A stretch of 64,000 nt of DNA from Candidatus Omnitrophota bacterium. Lineage in GTDB: Bacteria; Omnitrophota; Omnitrophia; Omnitrophales; Aquincolibacteriaceae. The stretch lies in the NCBI GenBank assembly GCA_035368605.1, contig DAOSLF010000003.1, positions 64,889-128,888 on the forward strand. Direction: 5' to 3'. Below are positions 20,709-29,875 of the stretch, piece by piece. A program made the position numbers and the translations under genes. The stretch's first letter is position 1, and each line of letters begins with the position of its first letter. Under the pieces are notes generated by a model that saw only the letters and a list, made by a program, of their open reading frames with translations, made no database searches and was not told the origin of the DNA.

Positions 20709-20758
20709 ACCGGCTGAAAAATCATTATTGACCGGTCAGCTGCGGAAAGTTCCTGTTT

Positions 20759-21874
20759 TTATCGGGAAAAGAACCGGGGTAAAACGAGGGTGAATTTCGT
20801 GCCGATGCCAGGCCTGCTTTCAACAGTGACCACCCCTCCGTGCATCTTGACGGTGCGGGAAACGACCATGAGGCCGAGACCGGTCCCGCGCTTCCCTTTC
20901 GTGGAGAAGAACGCCTCAAAAAGGCGCGCCCGGACCTCCTCCGGCATTCCGCACCCGTTATCCTCGACTGTGATCTCATAGGTTTCCGGGCCGGTCACGC
21001 GGGCACGGACCCTGATCCAGGCATCCGGTTTATCTTTAAAAGCCTCGAACGCGTTCTTGACAAGGTTCAGAAGCGCGCGATAAAGCGAGCGACCGTCCCC
21101 GCGGACGACCGGAAAATCCTTTTCAGCGGCACAATCAAGCTTTACGGAGAGCGCCCCCGCGCGTTCCGCGAGGTCCTCGCCCAACTCTTGTAGCAGGGCC
21201 GGGACATCCACATCTTCGGGTTCGAGCTGATAGTCTTTGCTGAGGCCGGCCACTTCCCAGATAAAACCGTCCATATCCTTCAGAGTCTTTTCGAGCTTCC
21301 CGAGGCCGGTCGCGATGAACTTCGGGTTCTTTTCATTAACGCCCATCCGGATCATTTCATCCGAAAATTTCGCGAGCTGGAGAATGTTCTTGATCTCATG
21401 GACCAGCATCGCCGTGGTCTGGCCGATCGCGGCAAGCCGTTCCATCTTGAGGTTTTCTTCGAAAAGAAGGATGTTTTTGAGCGCGCCGGAAAACTCCGAT
21501 GCCAGATTAAAACCGGTCTCCGTCTCCCGCGACGTGAACGCGGCGGCGCGCTCCAGACAGGCAAGTCCGACGGAGGCATTGCCGGCGATAAGGGGAAGGA
21601 AAAGAAGACCTTTTTCCGCGGAGGGTTTCCCGTCATCAAAAGCCGCCTGGGCAGCCCCTAGGAGAACCGCGGACGCTTCTTTGGGAGTAAAGGTCGCGCT
21701 TTCAAGCCACAGCTGTTTATCCGGGCCGGCCAGGAACAGATAGCCGCGCGAGGAAGGGACAAGCTGCAAAAGGGTCTGAAGAAAGAAATCGATCAGGATG
21801 CTTTTGTCCGTGATCGCGTCATAAATCCTGCCGATCTCGTGCGTGGCTTTGTCTGGATTACCGGAATGCGACAT
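20759..21874 (-). CDS. Sensor histidine kinase (GAF-like N-domain, HisKA, HATPase_c)
   Basis: H-box LAAIGQTTAMLVHEIKNIL and ATP-lid motifs DNGCGMPEE ... GTGLGLMVVSRTV. Confidence 0.8.
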   Translation of the reverse strand: MSHSGNPDKATHEIGRIYDAITDKSILIDFFLQTLLQLVPSSRGYLFLAGPDKQLWLESATFTPKEASAVLLGAAQAAFDDGKPSAEKGLLFLPLIAGNASVGLACLERAAAFTSRETETGFNLASEFSGALKNILLFEENLKMERLAAIGQTTAMLVHEIKNILQLAKFSDEMIRMGVNEKNPKFIATGLGKLEKTLKDMDGFIWEVAGLSKDYQLEPEDVDVPALLQELGEDLAERAGALSVKLDCAAEKDFPVVRGDGRSLYRALLNLVKNAFEAFKDKPDAWIRVRARVTGPETYEITVEDNGCGMPEEVRARLFEAFFSTKGKRGTGLGLMVVSRTVKMHGGVVTVESRPGIGTKFTLVLPRFFSR

Positions 21875-22025
21875 GGGGCGATACTAATAAAAGCTTTCGG
21901 TGTTTGCAAGCGTCTGAATGCCCGACCTCACGCGGGGACCTGGAAATCGCAAATACATTTGGTGAATGAGTCCCGGGAAACCGGTCCCGGATTTCGGGCG
22001 TCGGCAGGCAAGCATTGCACCCTGT

Positions 22026-24032
22026 ATGAAAACAGCTATAATCCCTCCCATGCGGAAGATCATCCCCTATCTCATACCCGCCCTCGTCCTCACCGGCATT
22101 CTTTTCCTCCTTTATCAGTTCCCCGACCAGATCGAGGACTTCCGCATCATGGTCTTCGACAATTATCAACGCATCCGTCCCCGCATCTACAAGGACACTC
22201 CGGTCCGCATCATCGATATCGATGATAAAAGCCTCGAAAGGTTCGGTCAGTGGCCGTGGCCGCGCACGGTACTCGCCAAACTCGTCACGCGACTCTCTAA
22301 GGCCGGCGCTCAAACGATCGCCTTCGACGTCGTGTTCGCCGAACCCGATCGCACCTCACCGAAGAACGTGATCAGATCATGGCCTGACGTACCGGCCCTG
22401 CAGGCGGTGCGGTCCCAGATCGACGTGATGCCGGACCACGACCTGCTTTTCGCGGAAGCCGCGGACAAAGCCAGGGTCGTTTTCGCTTTCGGTCTGATCG
22501 CCGCGCCCGACAGGAACATCCCGGCCGTCAAATACGGTGGTTTCCTGGAACACGGTGCTCCGGGAGATCGGACCATTGATTATATCGGCCCCGCTTACAA
22601 GGGCGCGGTCACGAATATCCCCTCTCTCGAAAAAGCGGCCAGGGGCCTCGGCGGATTCAATATCAGCTCCGATGAAAAAGGGATGATCCGTCGCGCGCCC
22701 GCTCTCTTCCGTCTGAGGGACACGATCTATCCGTCGCTGTCGCTTGAGGCCATGCGGGTTTTTCAGGAGGTGAACGTGTTCAAGGTCTCGCTCGCAGGTA
22801 CGGAAACGAACGCCTCGTTCGGCGAGAAGACCGGCATCGTCTCCGTCAAAACGGGATTTCTCGACATCCCGACCGACAAACGCGGACGGATCTGGCTCTA
22901 TGACACGGGGCACCGCCCCGAGCGGTTCATCCCGGCCTGGAAGGTCTTCTCCGACGATTTTGATGCGGCATCCATCGATGGCAAGCTGCTCTTCGTCGGG
23001 ACGAGCGCGACCGGCCTGAAGGACATCCGCCCCACCCCGCTCAACACCTTCGCGCCCGGCGTCGAGGTCCACGCCCAGATCGCGGAGCAGATGTTCACGG
23101 GCGATTACCTGCGCCGTCCCGACTGGACCGAAGGCGCGGAATTCCTTTATATCTGCGTGCTCGGAATCCTCCTGATCGCGCTTCTCCCGAGCGTCGGCGC
23201 GGTATGGTGTGCTTTCCTCGGCGCCGCGGCGATCGGCTTCGCGGTATGGTATTCCTGGAAGCTGTACGTGGACGAAAACCTTTTAATCGACCCCCTCGTC
23301 CCTTCGCTTTCGATCCTCCTGATTTACCTCGTCTCCTCGTTCCTCAGGTTCCTCAAGACAGAGACCGAGCGGGGGCAGATCCGCGGTGCGTTCGCCCGTT
23401 ATCTTTCGCCCGAGCTCGTGACGCAGCTTGCGAAAAACCCGAAACAGCTGAAGCTGGGCGGCGAAACGCGTGAAATGACCTTTCTTTTTACCGATATCCG
23501 CGGATTCACCACGCTTGCGGAAGGGCTAAACGCGCAGGAGCTTACGGTCTTCATGAACTCCTTCATGACCCCCATGACGGAGATCATCCTCAAGCACAAG
23601 GGCACGATTGACAAATACATCGGGGACTGCATCATGGCGTTCTGGAACGCACCCCTCAGCGACGCGGATCACGCGAGGAACGCCTGTCACGCGGCGCTTG
23701 AAATGCGGGAATTCCTCTCGGTATTCAATGAGAGGCGGAAAAAGGAAGCGGAGGCACAGGGCAGACCCTTCCGCGAAATCAAGATCGGGATCGGGATCAA
23801 TACGGGCCTCGCGGCGGTCGGTAATATGGGTTCGGAATACCGGTTCGACTACACGGTCCTCGGAGATGAGGTGAACCTCGCATCGCGGCTGGAAGGTCTC
23901 ACGAAACAATATGAGACGACCATCATTATCGGCCCCAACACCGCGAACCGCATACCCGAACTCAAACCTCAGGAACTCGGGACCATACAAATCCGCGGCA
24001 TGACCGTTCCCAAACAGATCTTCAGCTTATAA
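22026..24032 (+). CDS. CHASE2-sensor class III adenylate/guanylate cyclase
   Basis: N-terminal TM, periplasmic CHASE2 region (RIIDIDDKSLERFGQWPWPR), a cluster of TM helices, and the cyclase core TFLFTDIRGFTTLAE ... GDCIMAFWNAP ... IGINTGLAAVGNMGS ... YTVLGDEVNLASRLE. The start was chosen at an internal Met and is uncertain (21966 or 22050 also possible). Confidence 0.85.
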   Translation: MKTAIIPPMRKIIPYLIPALVLTGILFLLYQFPDQIEDFRIMVFDNYQRIRPRIYKDTPVRIIDIDDKSLERFGQWPWPRTVLAKLVTRLSKAGAQTIAFDVVFAEPDRTSPKNVIRSWPDVPALQAVRSQIDVMPDHDLLFAEAADKARVVFAFGLIAAPDRNIPAVKYGGFLEHGAPGDRTIDYIGPAYKGAVTNIPSLEKAARGLGGFNISSDEKGMIRRAPALFRLRDTIYPSLSLEAMRVFQEVNVFKVSLAGTETNASFGEKTGIVSVKTGFLDIPTDKRGRIWLYDTGHRPERFIPAWKVFSDDFDAASIDGKLLFVGTSATGLKDIRPTPLNTFAPGVEVHAQIAEQMFTGDYLRRPDWTEGAEFLYICVLGILLIALLPSVGAVWCAFLGAAAIGFAVWYSWKLYVDENLLIDPLVPSLSILLIYLVSSFLRFLKTETERGQIRGAFARYLSPELVTQLAKNPKQLKLGGETREMTFLFTDIRGFTTLAEGLNAQELTVFMNSFMTPMTEIILKHKGTIDKYIGDCIMAFWNAPLSDADHARNACHAALEMREFLSVFNERRKKEAEAQGRPFREIKIGIGINTGLAAVGNMGSEYRFDYTVLGDEVNLASRLEGLTKQYETTIIIGPNTANRIPELKPQELGTIQIRGMTVPKQIFSL

Positions 24033-24081
24033 AAAACGGGGTCAGTCACCGTTTTAGAGAAATGGTGACTGACCCCGTTTT
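24033..24081. repeat. Palindromic repeat copy 1 (bidirectional terminator-like hairpin)
   Basis: AAAACGGGGTCAGTCACC-GTTTTAGAGAA-ATGGTGACTGACCCCGTTTTT: a 14-bp perfect stem flanked by an A-run and a T-run, sitting between convergent genes. Confidence 0.85.
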
Positions 24082-24082
24082 T

Positions 24083-25000
24083 CTAGCCGCCGGACGAGGA
24101 ATTTCCGCTGTCGCTGCCATCATCACTGCCGCGACCGGCGGCGGGCGCCCCCGGCATCACGGGCTGCGGCAATGACATCATCCCTCCCTGCGTCGCGCGG
24201 TGGCCGTATTCCTCCATTTGCGACATGAGCGACAACGTCCGGGTCATATCATCAATATCTTTAGCGGACGCCCCAAAGGTCGCAGCGTTTGGAACCGTCG
24301 CGGCATAACCGTTCGAGGAAAGATTCAGTTCGTCCATCAGCCCGTTCAGATCCGCTTCAGGAACCCGGAAAACGGGCGCCGGCGTGGTACCGGGGCCTTC
24401 AATAACGGTCCCAAAACCAATCTGCGAAATCTCCACGCCGGCCTGGGCCCCGCCTATATCATTGGACACAAAAATGCGGCCCGGCGGCGTCACGTCATCC
24501 CCCGCCGGCCCCAAAAGCACAACGAGAGAGCGGAACCCTTCCGATCTGCCCGCCACCACGGTCCCGCGGATACCGATACTTCCGGCGGGAAGGCCCACGG
24601 ACATGTTTTCCGGTTTCTTGTGTGCGATCTTCCCCGAAATAAACCGGAACACGCCCCGGAGGATATCCGTGTTCAGGATTCCGTCCTGGGTCACCGGATC
24701 ATAAGCGAAGTCATCGAGCCTGATCGCACTCGACGGACCGAGTGTAAAAACAGTTTCATCCATCAGCAAAATCTGGAGTCGCCCGTCATCTTTTGTCACC
24801 ACCTGTTCATCGAGAAATACGGGATCTCCGGCTTTCAGCTCTTTCACGGTGCCGTCCGGTGACACAGACTCCGCCGCACCGTGAACCACACCGACCACTC
24901 CGACCTGTATTTCCTGAGCCAGCACCGGGGGCATGGCAAACAGCGCCGTCAGGATAGCCACAAAAACAAAGATCTGTCCCCGTCGTTCAAGGTTTGTCAT
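24083..25000 (-). CDS. Secreted FecR-domain protein (paralogue 1) with Gly/Ser/Asp-rich C-terminal tail
   Basis: Signal peptide FVFVAILTALFAMPPVLAQE. FecR-like beta core VKELKAGDPVFLDEQVVTKDDGRLQILLMDETVFTLGPSSAIRLDDF. It is paralogous to the next gene, with long colinear identity (e.g. FRFISGKIA+KKPENMSV LPAG IGIRGT VAG). Confidence 0.7.
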   Translation of the reverse strand: MTNLERRGQIFVFVAILTALFAMPPVLAQEIQVGVVGVVHGAAESVSPDGTVKELKAGDPVFLDEQVVTKDDGRLQILLMDETVFTLGPSSAIRLDDFAYDPVTQDGILNTDILRGVFRFISGKIAHKKPENMSVGLPAGSIGIRGTVVAGRSEGFRSLVVLLGPAGDDVTPPGRIFVSNDIGGAQAGVEISQIGFGTVIEGPGTTPAPVFRVPEADLNGLMDELNLSSNGYAATVPNAATFGASAKDIDDMTRTLSLMSQMEEYGHRATQGGMMSLPQPVMPGAPAAGRGSDDGSDSGNSSSGG

Positions 25001-25096
25001 TTTTTCGCCTCTCGTATAAAAAGGCATGACCGGTTTTTCACCGGATTCGTCTTCGTGAATATTGCTCATTTGGGCCGGAACCTGGAACCAGTCTGA

Positions 25097-26029
25097 TTAT
25101 GGGGTGGTCCCGGAGCCGGTCGAATTACTACTCCCGCCGGAATACTCTTCGTGCGAAGCCGCCTGCTGTGCCGCATCATCGGCCGCGTCCTGTGCCGCGG
25201 TCCGGGACTGCTGATTCAGATAATCCAGTGCCGTCAGACCATTCATGATGGCATCAAGATCCGGTGTCTCTGAACCTGAAGGGACGTCGCCGGCCGTATC
25301 GCCTCCGAGCGTTTCCGCGGCACCATCCGACTGCCCGCCCCGGCCAACCTGCTGCCCAAGCGCGTTCGCAAGCTTCATGAGATCCTGTGGCGGCACGAGG
25401 AACGGGTCGAGCGGCGCCACATTCGGTCCCCCGATCACCGTCCCGAACCCGCTTTGGCTGATATTCACCCCGACCAGCTGGCCGTTCACCGTGTTACTCA
25501 CGTTAATCGCGCCGGAGCTCTGTCCGTTCGGTCCGCCGAGCAGAACGACCAGGGATTGCTGCCCCTGGCTTTGGCCCGCGACGAACGTCCCGCGAATCCC
25601 GATATGCCCCGCGGGGAGATCGACCGACATATTCTCGGGCTTTTTGCGGGCGATCTTCCCCGAGATGAAACGGAACGCCCCGGTCACGATATCGGCGTTC
25701 AGCTTCCCTTCGTCGGTCTTCGGGTCATAAACAAACTCGTCAAGCTTGATGCTTGAAGACGCACCGATCGTGAAAACGGTCTGATCGACAAGAAGGATCT
25801 GCATCCTTGAATCCGGGCTTGTCGTGACCGTGTCGCCCCGGAAGAGCGGATCTCCGCCTTTCAGCACACGCGTTTCACCGGCCGAAGTGGTCGCTTTCAC
25901 CTCCCCGGTAATCCCCGCCGCGACACCGATTTTCGCCGAAGTATCCGGCAAGGCCGCGACCAAGCTGCCGCAAATCAAAAACCCCGCCACGCACAAACAA
26001 GCCACCAGACTCCACGATTTGTTTTTCAT
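25097..26029 (-). CDS. Secreted FecR-domain protein (paralogue 2)
   Basis: Signal peptide SLVACLCVAGFLICGSLVAALP. FecR-like core VLKGGDPLFRGDTVTTSPDSRMQILLVDQTVFTIGASSSIKLDEF. The C-terminus is Ser/Gly-rich. Confidence 0.7.
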   Translation of the reverse strand: MKNKSWSLVACLCVAGFLICGSLVAALPDTSAKIGVAAGITGEVKATTSAGETRVLKGGDPLFRGDTVTTSPDSRMQILLVDQTVFTIGASSSIKLDEFVYDPKTDEGKLNADIVTGAFRFISGKIARKKPENMSVDLPAGHIGIRGTFVAGQSQGQQSLVVLLGGPNGQSSGAINVSNTVNGQLVGVNISQSGFGTVIGGPNVAPLDPFLVPPQDLMKLANALGQQVGRGGQSDGAAETLGGDTAGDVPSGSETPDLDAIMNGLTALDYLNQQSRTAAQDAADDAAQQAASHEEYSGGSSNSTGSGTTP

Positions 26030-26288
26030 TTTCCCCTCTCCTCAGCTTCAAAACTGAACCAACGTTGGATTAGCAAAGAAAACGGAACCCGCTTCGCGCA
26101 TAGTATAGCTGCGGGGGATTGTTTGAGATAGATGAAAATTCCGCAGGACAACGCTTCCTCTTCAAGCAACCGGAACAAGATCTGAAGAGTTCTCAATGTC
26201 AACCGTCAACGGCAACGGGAGGCTGCGGCGCTTGAGCTAATTGACGGCGCGCGGGAGACATCGGGGCGTAACCCCGATTCCGATCTCC

Positions 26289-27716
26289 CTAGAATTCCCA
26301 GCGCTTGGTGAACAGGCCTTCAATCTTGTTATTCGTGTAGGCGTAATTCGTGATGTTGGAGAGCGAGCGGTAATACTCGTAGGAAAGTGTGAACACAATA
26401 TCCTCCATCTGCCTGGGGAGGATCCTGGAGAGAAAAGCGGAAAGCGGGGTCCCAACCGTCACGCGGTAGCGGAATATCTTATCGTGACGGAAACGGCTCG
26501 CGACATCCGTTTCGGGTTCGTTATAACGGTCGAAATAAAGGTTCGCGGCATTGATCAGGAACGAACCCCGCCAGAGCGCCCACGTGTGGATCAGGTTCAT
26601 ATTGAACCGGTCGTAGCCATTGAACCCGGACTTGGCGTTCTTGTTCATATAGCCGATGCTCGGCGTGATCCGCATCGTCGCGACCGGCGCGTACGTGACA
26701 CCCCACAGGTAATCATATTCCGGGCCTTTGCGCTGCGCCCCGGTCGTGTTCTCCGAGACGCCGGAATAATTCTGGTACTCGTAACGGAAGTTCATGAAAC
26801 CGTTCAGTTTTCTCGTGAGCTGGCGATCGAACTGAAGGTTCAGCCCCAGCGTCCGGAGGTAGGTTTCGCGGGAAAGCAGGATATTGCTCGCGATAAAGGA
26901 CGGCGAAATATTAACCCACTTGGTCTTGTACCGCCCGCCGATCTCCCCCTGGTAGGTGCTGAGGTCGAGCGAATCGACCATAGTCTGTTCCTGCAGGAAA
27001 TACGTAAAAGACCCGAAAATCTCGTGGCCGGCCCGCATGCCGAGGTCGTGCGTGAAGTCCACGGTCGTAATGTTCGTGAAGTGCGTGTCGTCGCGCTTGC
27101 GGTTCGTGCCTTCGAGACCTTGTGCCACATCGTTCACGAGCTGGAACTTGGAGGAAGGCGCCGCGTTGCGGTTCGTGTCATAGCCCCAGCCCACGGTCTC
27201 CCGGAGACCGAAATGCGTCCGGCGCTTGCGGCGTTCGATACGTTTCCTGTATTCCCTGACCTGTTCCTCGATGTTCTTCGGAAGCGGCATGCCCTTCAGG
27301 GTCTCGAGCTCTTTTTGGGCCTCATTGAGGTTATCGAGACGATACAGCACGACGGCATAAAGGAGGCGGACGTCCGCGAGATTCGGATTGACGAGGAGGA
27401 TCCGCTCGAGGGTGGCGGCCGAGCCGAGGAGCTCGTTGTTGGCGATCTGTTGCTGAGCGAACCGGAAGTTCAGCGGAAGGTTATCGGGATCCTTGAGGAT
27501 ATCTTCATAGGTCACGCCGGTCCGGTATTTTTTCTCCTCTTCGAGCTTTCCGGATTTTTCAGCGACAGCGGCGGAATATTTTTCCGAACGGAGTTCCCGC
27601 TCGACAGCCTTGACCTCCTGCCCGACATCTTCGGCACGGGCCTGCGTGACGGGGAAAAGAAACGGGAGGACGGTGAAAAAAGCAATGAGGACCGGAGCGA
27701 ATCTGGAAGCGCGCAT
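26289..27716 (-). CDS. Outer-membrane beta-barrel protein with N-terminal TPR-like domain (Slam/DUF560-like architecture)
   Basis: Signal peptide VLIAFFTVLPFLFPVTQARAED, a TPR-like helical N-terminal third, then alternating amphipathic beta-strands. The protein ends in a C-terminal Phe (KRWEF), the beta-barrel signature. Confidence 0.55.
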   Translation of the reverse strand: MRASRFAPVLIAFFTVLPFLFPVTQARAEDVGQEVKAVERELRSEKYSAAVAEKSGKLEEEKKYRTGVTYEDILKDPDNLPLNFRFAQQQIANNELLGSAATLERILLVNPNLADVRLLYAVVLYRLDNLNEAQKELETLKGMPLPKNIEEQVREYRKRIERRKRRTHFGLRETVGWGYDTNRNAAPSSKFQLVNDVAQGLEGTNRKRDDTHFTNITTVDFTHDLGMRAGHEIFGSFTYFLQEQTMVDSLDLSTYQGEIGGRYKTKWVNISPSFIASNILLSRETYLRTLGLNLQFDRQLTRKLNGFMNFRYEYQNYSGVSENTTGAQRKGPEYDYLWGVTYAPVATMRITPSIGYMNKNAKSGFNGYDRFNMNLIHTWALWRGSFLINAANLYFDRYNEPETDVASRFRHDKIFRYRVTVGTPLSAFLSRILPRQMEDIVFTLSYEYYRSLSNITNYAYTNNKIEGLFTKRWEF

Positions 27717-27871
27717 GAGAGCCCTTTCTTTAACGGGTTCGGATTTGTGACAGTGTACTATAGGAACACCCTAAAAATCAAAAAGAGATTACCGCTTCCT
27801 TTTTTAGCGTCCGCTATCCGGAAAACCGCTCCAAATAACGGCTTTGTCGCTTTTGAAATCAAGATATACTA

Positions 27872-29827
27872 GTGCCCATGGAATTCCAGCTTGATCCTTT
27901 CCAGCAGCAAGCCGTTGAGTGGATTGAAAAAGACCACTCTCTCCTCATTTCGGCCCCGACCGGTTCCGGCAAGACCCTCATCGCGGAAAAGGCCGTCGAA
28001 AAGGCCTTCGCTCAGGGGAAGGGCGTTATCTACACGGCCCCGATCAAAGCCCTGAGTAATCAGAAGTTCCGCGATTTCCAGCAGAGGTTCGGCGCGGCCA
28101 ATGTCGGCATCCTGACCGGCGACGTCGCGATCAACGCGGGCGCCCGGCTGCTCATCATGACGACCGAGATTTACCGGAACTCCCTTTTCGAGAACAGTGA
28201 GCGCATCCGGAGTACGGGTTGGGTCATTTTCGACGAGGTCCATTACCTGGATGACCACGAGCGCGGGACGGTCTGGGAGGAGGCCCTTCTTTTCACGCCG
28301 CCTGAGATCAGGATTCTCGCGCTCAGCGCGACTATTCCGAACGTGCGGGAACTTGCATCGTGGATGCAGATCGTGCATGACCGGCCGGTTGCGGTGATCG
28401 AAGAAACAAAACGGCCGGTTCCGCTCCATTTCTTCTACCAATGCCAGGGGCATTTCTTCACGAACCTGAAATCGCTGCGCAAGGACGGCTACTATTCCCG
28501 CGATAACTGGGAACTTTCCGTGCGTGAGCGGCGGCGCGGGTTCAAACAAATGCGCGCGAAACCGAACCGCCTGAGTGAACTGCTCGATCACCTGATCCGC
28601 GAGGACCGCCTCCCCGCTATTTATTTTGCCTTCAGCCGGAAACGCACGGTCTACCTCGCCTGGGAGATCGCGCACTACGACCTGCTGAACAAGGCCGAGC
28701 GCGCGAAAGTCACGGAACTCTTCGACGAACTCTGCAAAAAATACGACCTCGCGGAAGAACGCTCCGCGCAGGACATGAAACCCCTGATCGAACACGGCAT
28801 CGCCTACCACCACGCGGGCATGCTTCCAACGCTCAAGGAAGTGGTCGAACGCCTTTTCACGAGCCGCCTGATCAAGCTGATCTTCACAACCGAAACCTTC
28901 GCGCTCGGAATCAATATGCCGGCGCGAACGGTCATCTTCGACGAACTTGAAAAATTCTACGGGACGGGCTTCAAGGCCCTCACGACCCGCGATTTCTACC
29001 AGATGGCGGGTCGCGCGGGGCGACGGGGCATGGACGCGAAAGGGTTCGTCTATTGCCGCATCCTGCCGCATGACATCCCCTTCCCGCAGGTCGAGCGCAT
29101 CATTTTCGGCCATCCCGAACCCGTCCGCAGCCAGTTCAACGCCGCTTACGCGACCGTTCTCAACCTCTACCGTGATTTCGGGGAGGATCTCCTTGATGTT
29201 TATCCGAGGTCCTTCCATTATTTCCAGTCCTCGCGGCGAATGCGCGATGACGGTTTCGACCTGATCCGCAGCAAGCTGAATCTGTTAAAAGAGCTGGGAT
29301 ACATCCGCGACGGGAAACTTTCGGAAAAGGGGGAATTCGCGTCCTCAATTTTCGGCTATGAACTGTTGCTCACGGAAATGTACCAGGACAAGGTCTTCGA
29401 GAGCTTCGACGAGGCGCGGCTCAACGTATTCCTCGCGGGCCTCGTGTTTGAGCCCCGTAAAGGGCTTGATGAGCCGCCCAGGCTTTCGCATCAAAACGAA
29501 CAACTGCTCAAGGTCACCCAGCAGTACCACCGGAACATCCACAAAAAGGAGCGGGCCCACCGGATCCGCCCTTACACGAAGCCGCCGCATTTCCATCTCG
29601 CGAAGGCGATCGAGGCGTGGACACGGGGGGAAGCGTTCGACAAGGTCATGCGGGACACTTCGGAGGATGAAGGAACGCTGGTCCGTTATTTCCGGATGGT
29701 GACCCAGCTCCTGCGCGAGATCGAGCACGCGCCTCACGCCCCGGAGGCACTCCGTCAGATGGCATTGAGGGCGCGCGGGACGATCGATCGCGACGTCGTC
29801 GACGCAGAAAAACAGCTCCGGGCCTAA
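27872..29827 (+). CDS. Ski2-like superfamily-2 DEAD/DEAH-box helicase
   Basis: Walker A APTGSGKT, DEVH box (VIFDEVHYL), SAT motif (LSATIPN), and motif VI QMAGRAGRRG. Confidence 0.8.
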   Translation: MPMEFQLDPFQQQAVEWIEKDHSLLISAPTGSGKTLIAEKAVEKAFAQGKGVIYTAPIKALSNQKFRDFQQRFGAANVGILTGDVAINAGARLLIMTTEIYRNSLFENSERIRSTGWVIFDEVHYLDDHERGTVWEEALLFTPPEIRILALSATIPNVRELASWMQIVHDRPVAVIEETKRPVPLHFFYQCQGHFFTNLKSLRKDGYYSRDNWELSVRERRRGFKQMRAKPNRLSELLDHLIREDRLPAIYFAFSRKRTVYLAWEIAHYDLLNKAERAKVTELFDELCKKYDLAEERSAQDMKPLIEHGIAYHHAGMLPTLKEVVERLFTSRLIKLIFTTETFALGINMPARTVIFDELEKFYGTGFKALTTRDFYQMAGRAGRRGMDAKGFVYCRILPHDIPFPQVERIIFGHPEPVRSQFNAAYATVLNLYRDFGEDLLDVYPRSFHYFQSSRRMRDDGFDLIRSKLNLLKELGYIRDGKLSEKGEFASSIFGYELLLTEMYQDKVFESFDEARLNVFLAGLVFEPRKGLDEPPRLSHQNEQLLKVTQQYHRNIHKKERAHRIRPYTKPPHFHLAKAIEAWTRGEAFDKVMRDTSEDEGTLVRYFRMVTQLLREIEHAPHAPEALRQMALRARGTIDRDVVDAEKQLRA

Positions 29828-29875
29828 AAACGGGGTCAGTCACCATTTCCCTAAAATGGTGACTGACCCCGTTTC
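29826..29875. repeat. Palindromic repeat copy 2
   Basis: AAAACGGGGTCAGTCACC-ATTTCCCTAAAA-TGGTGACTGACCCCGTTT, between the convergent helicase gene and addB. Confidence 0.85.

Noticed and set aside
26241-27872. 543-aa + strand ORF
   Set aside because: Antisense to the outer-membrane beta-barrel gene, whose signal peptide, TPR region and C-terminal Phe make the minus-strand reading far more plausible.
27869-29218. 449-aa minus-strand ORF
   Set aside because: Antisense to the Ski2-like helicase with canonical SF2 motifs.
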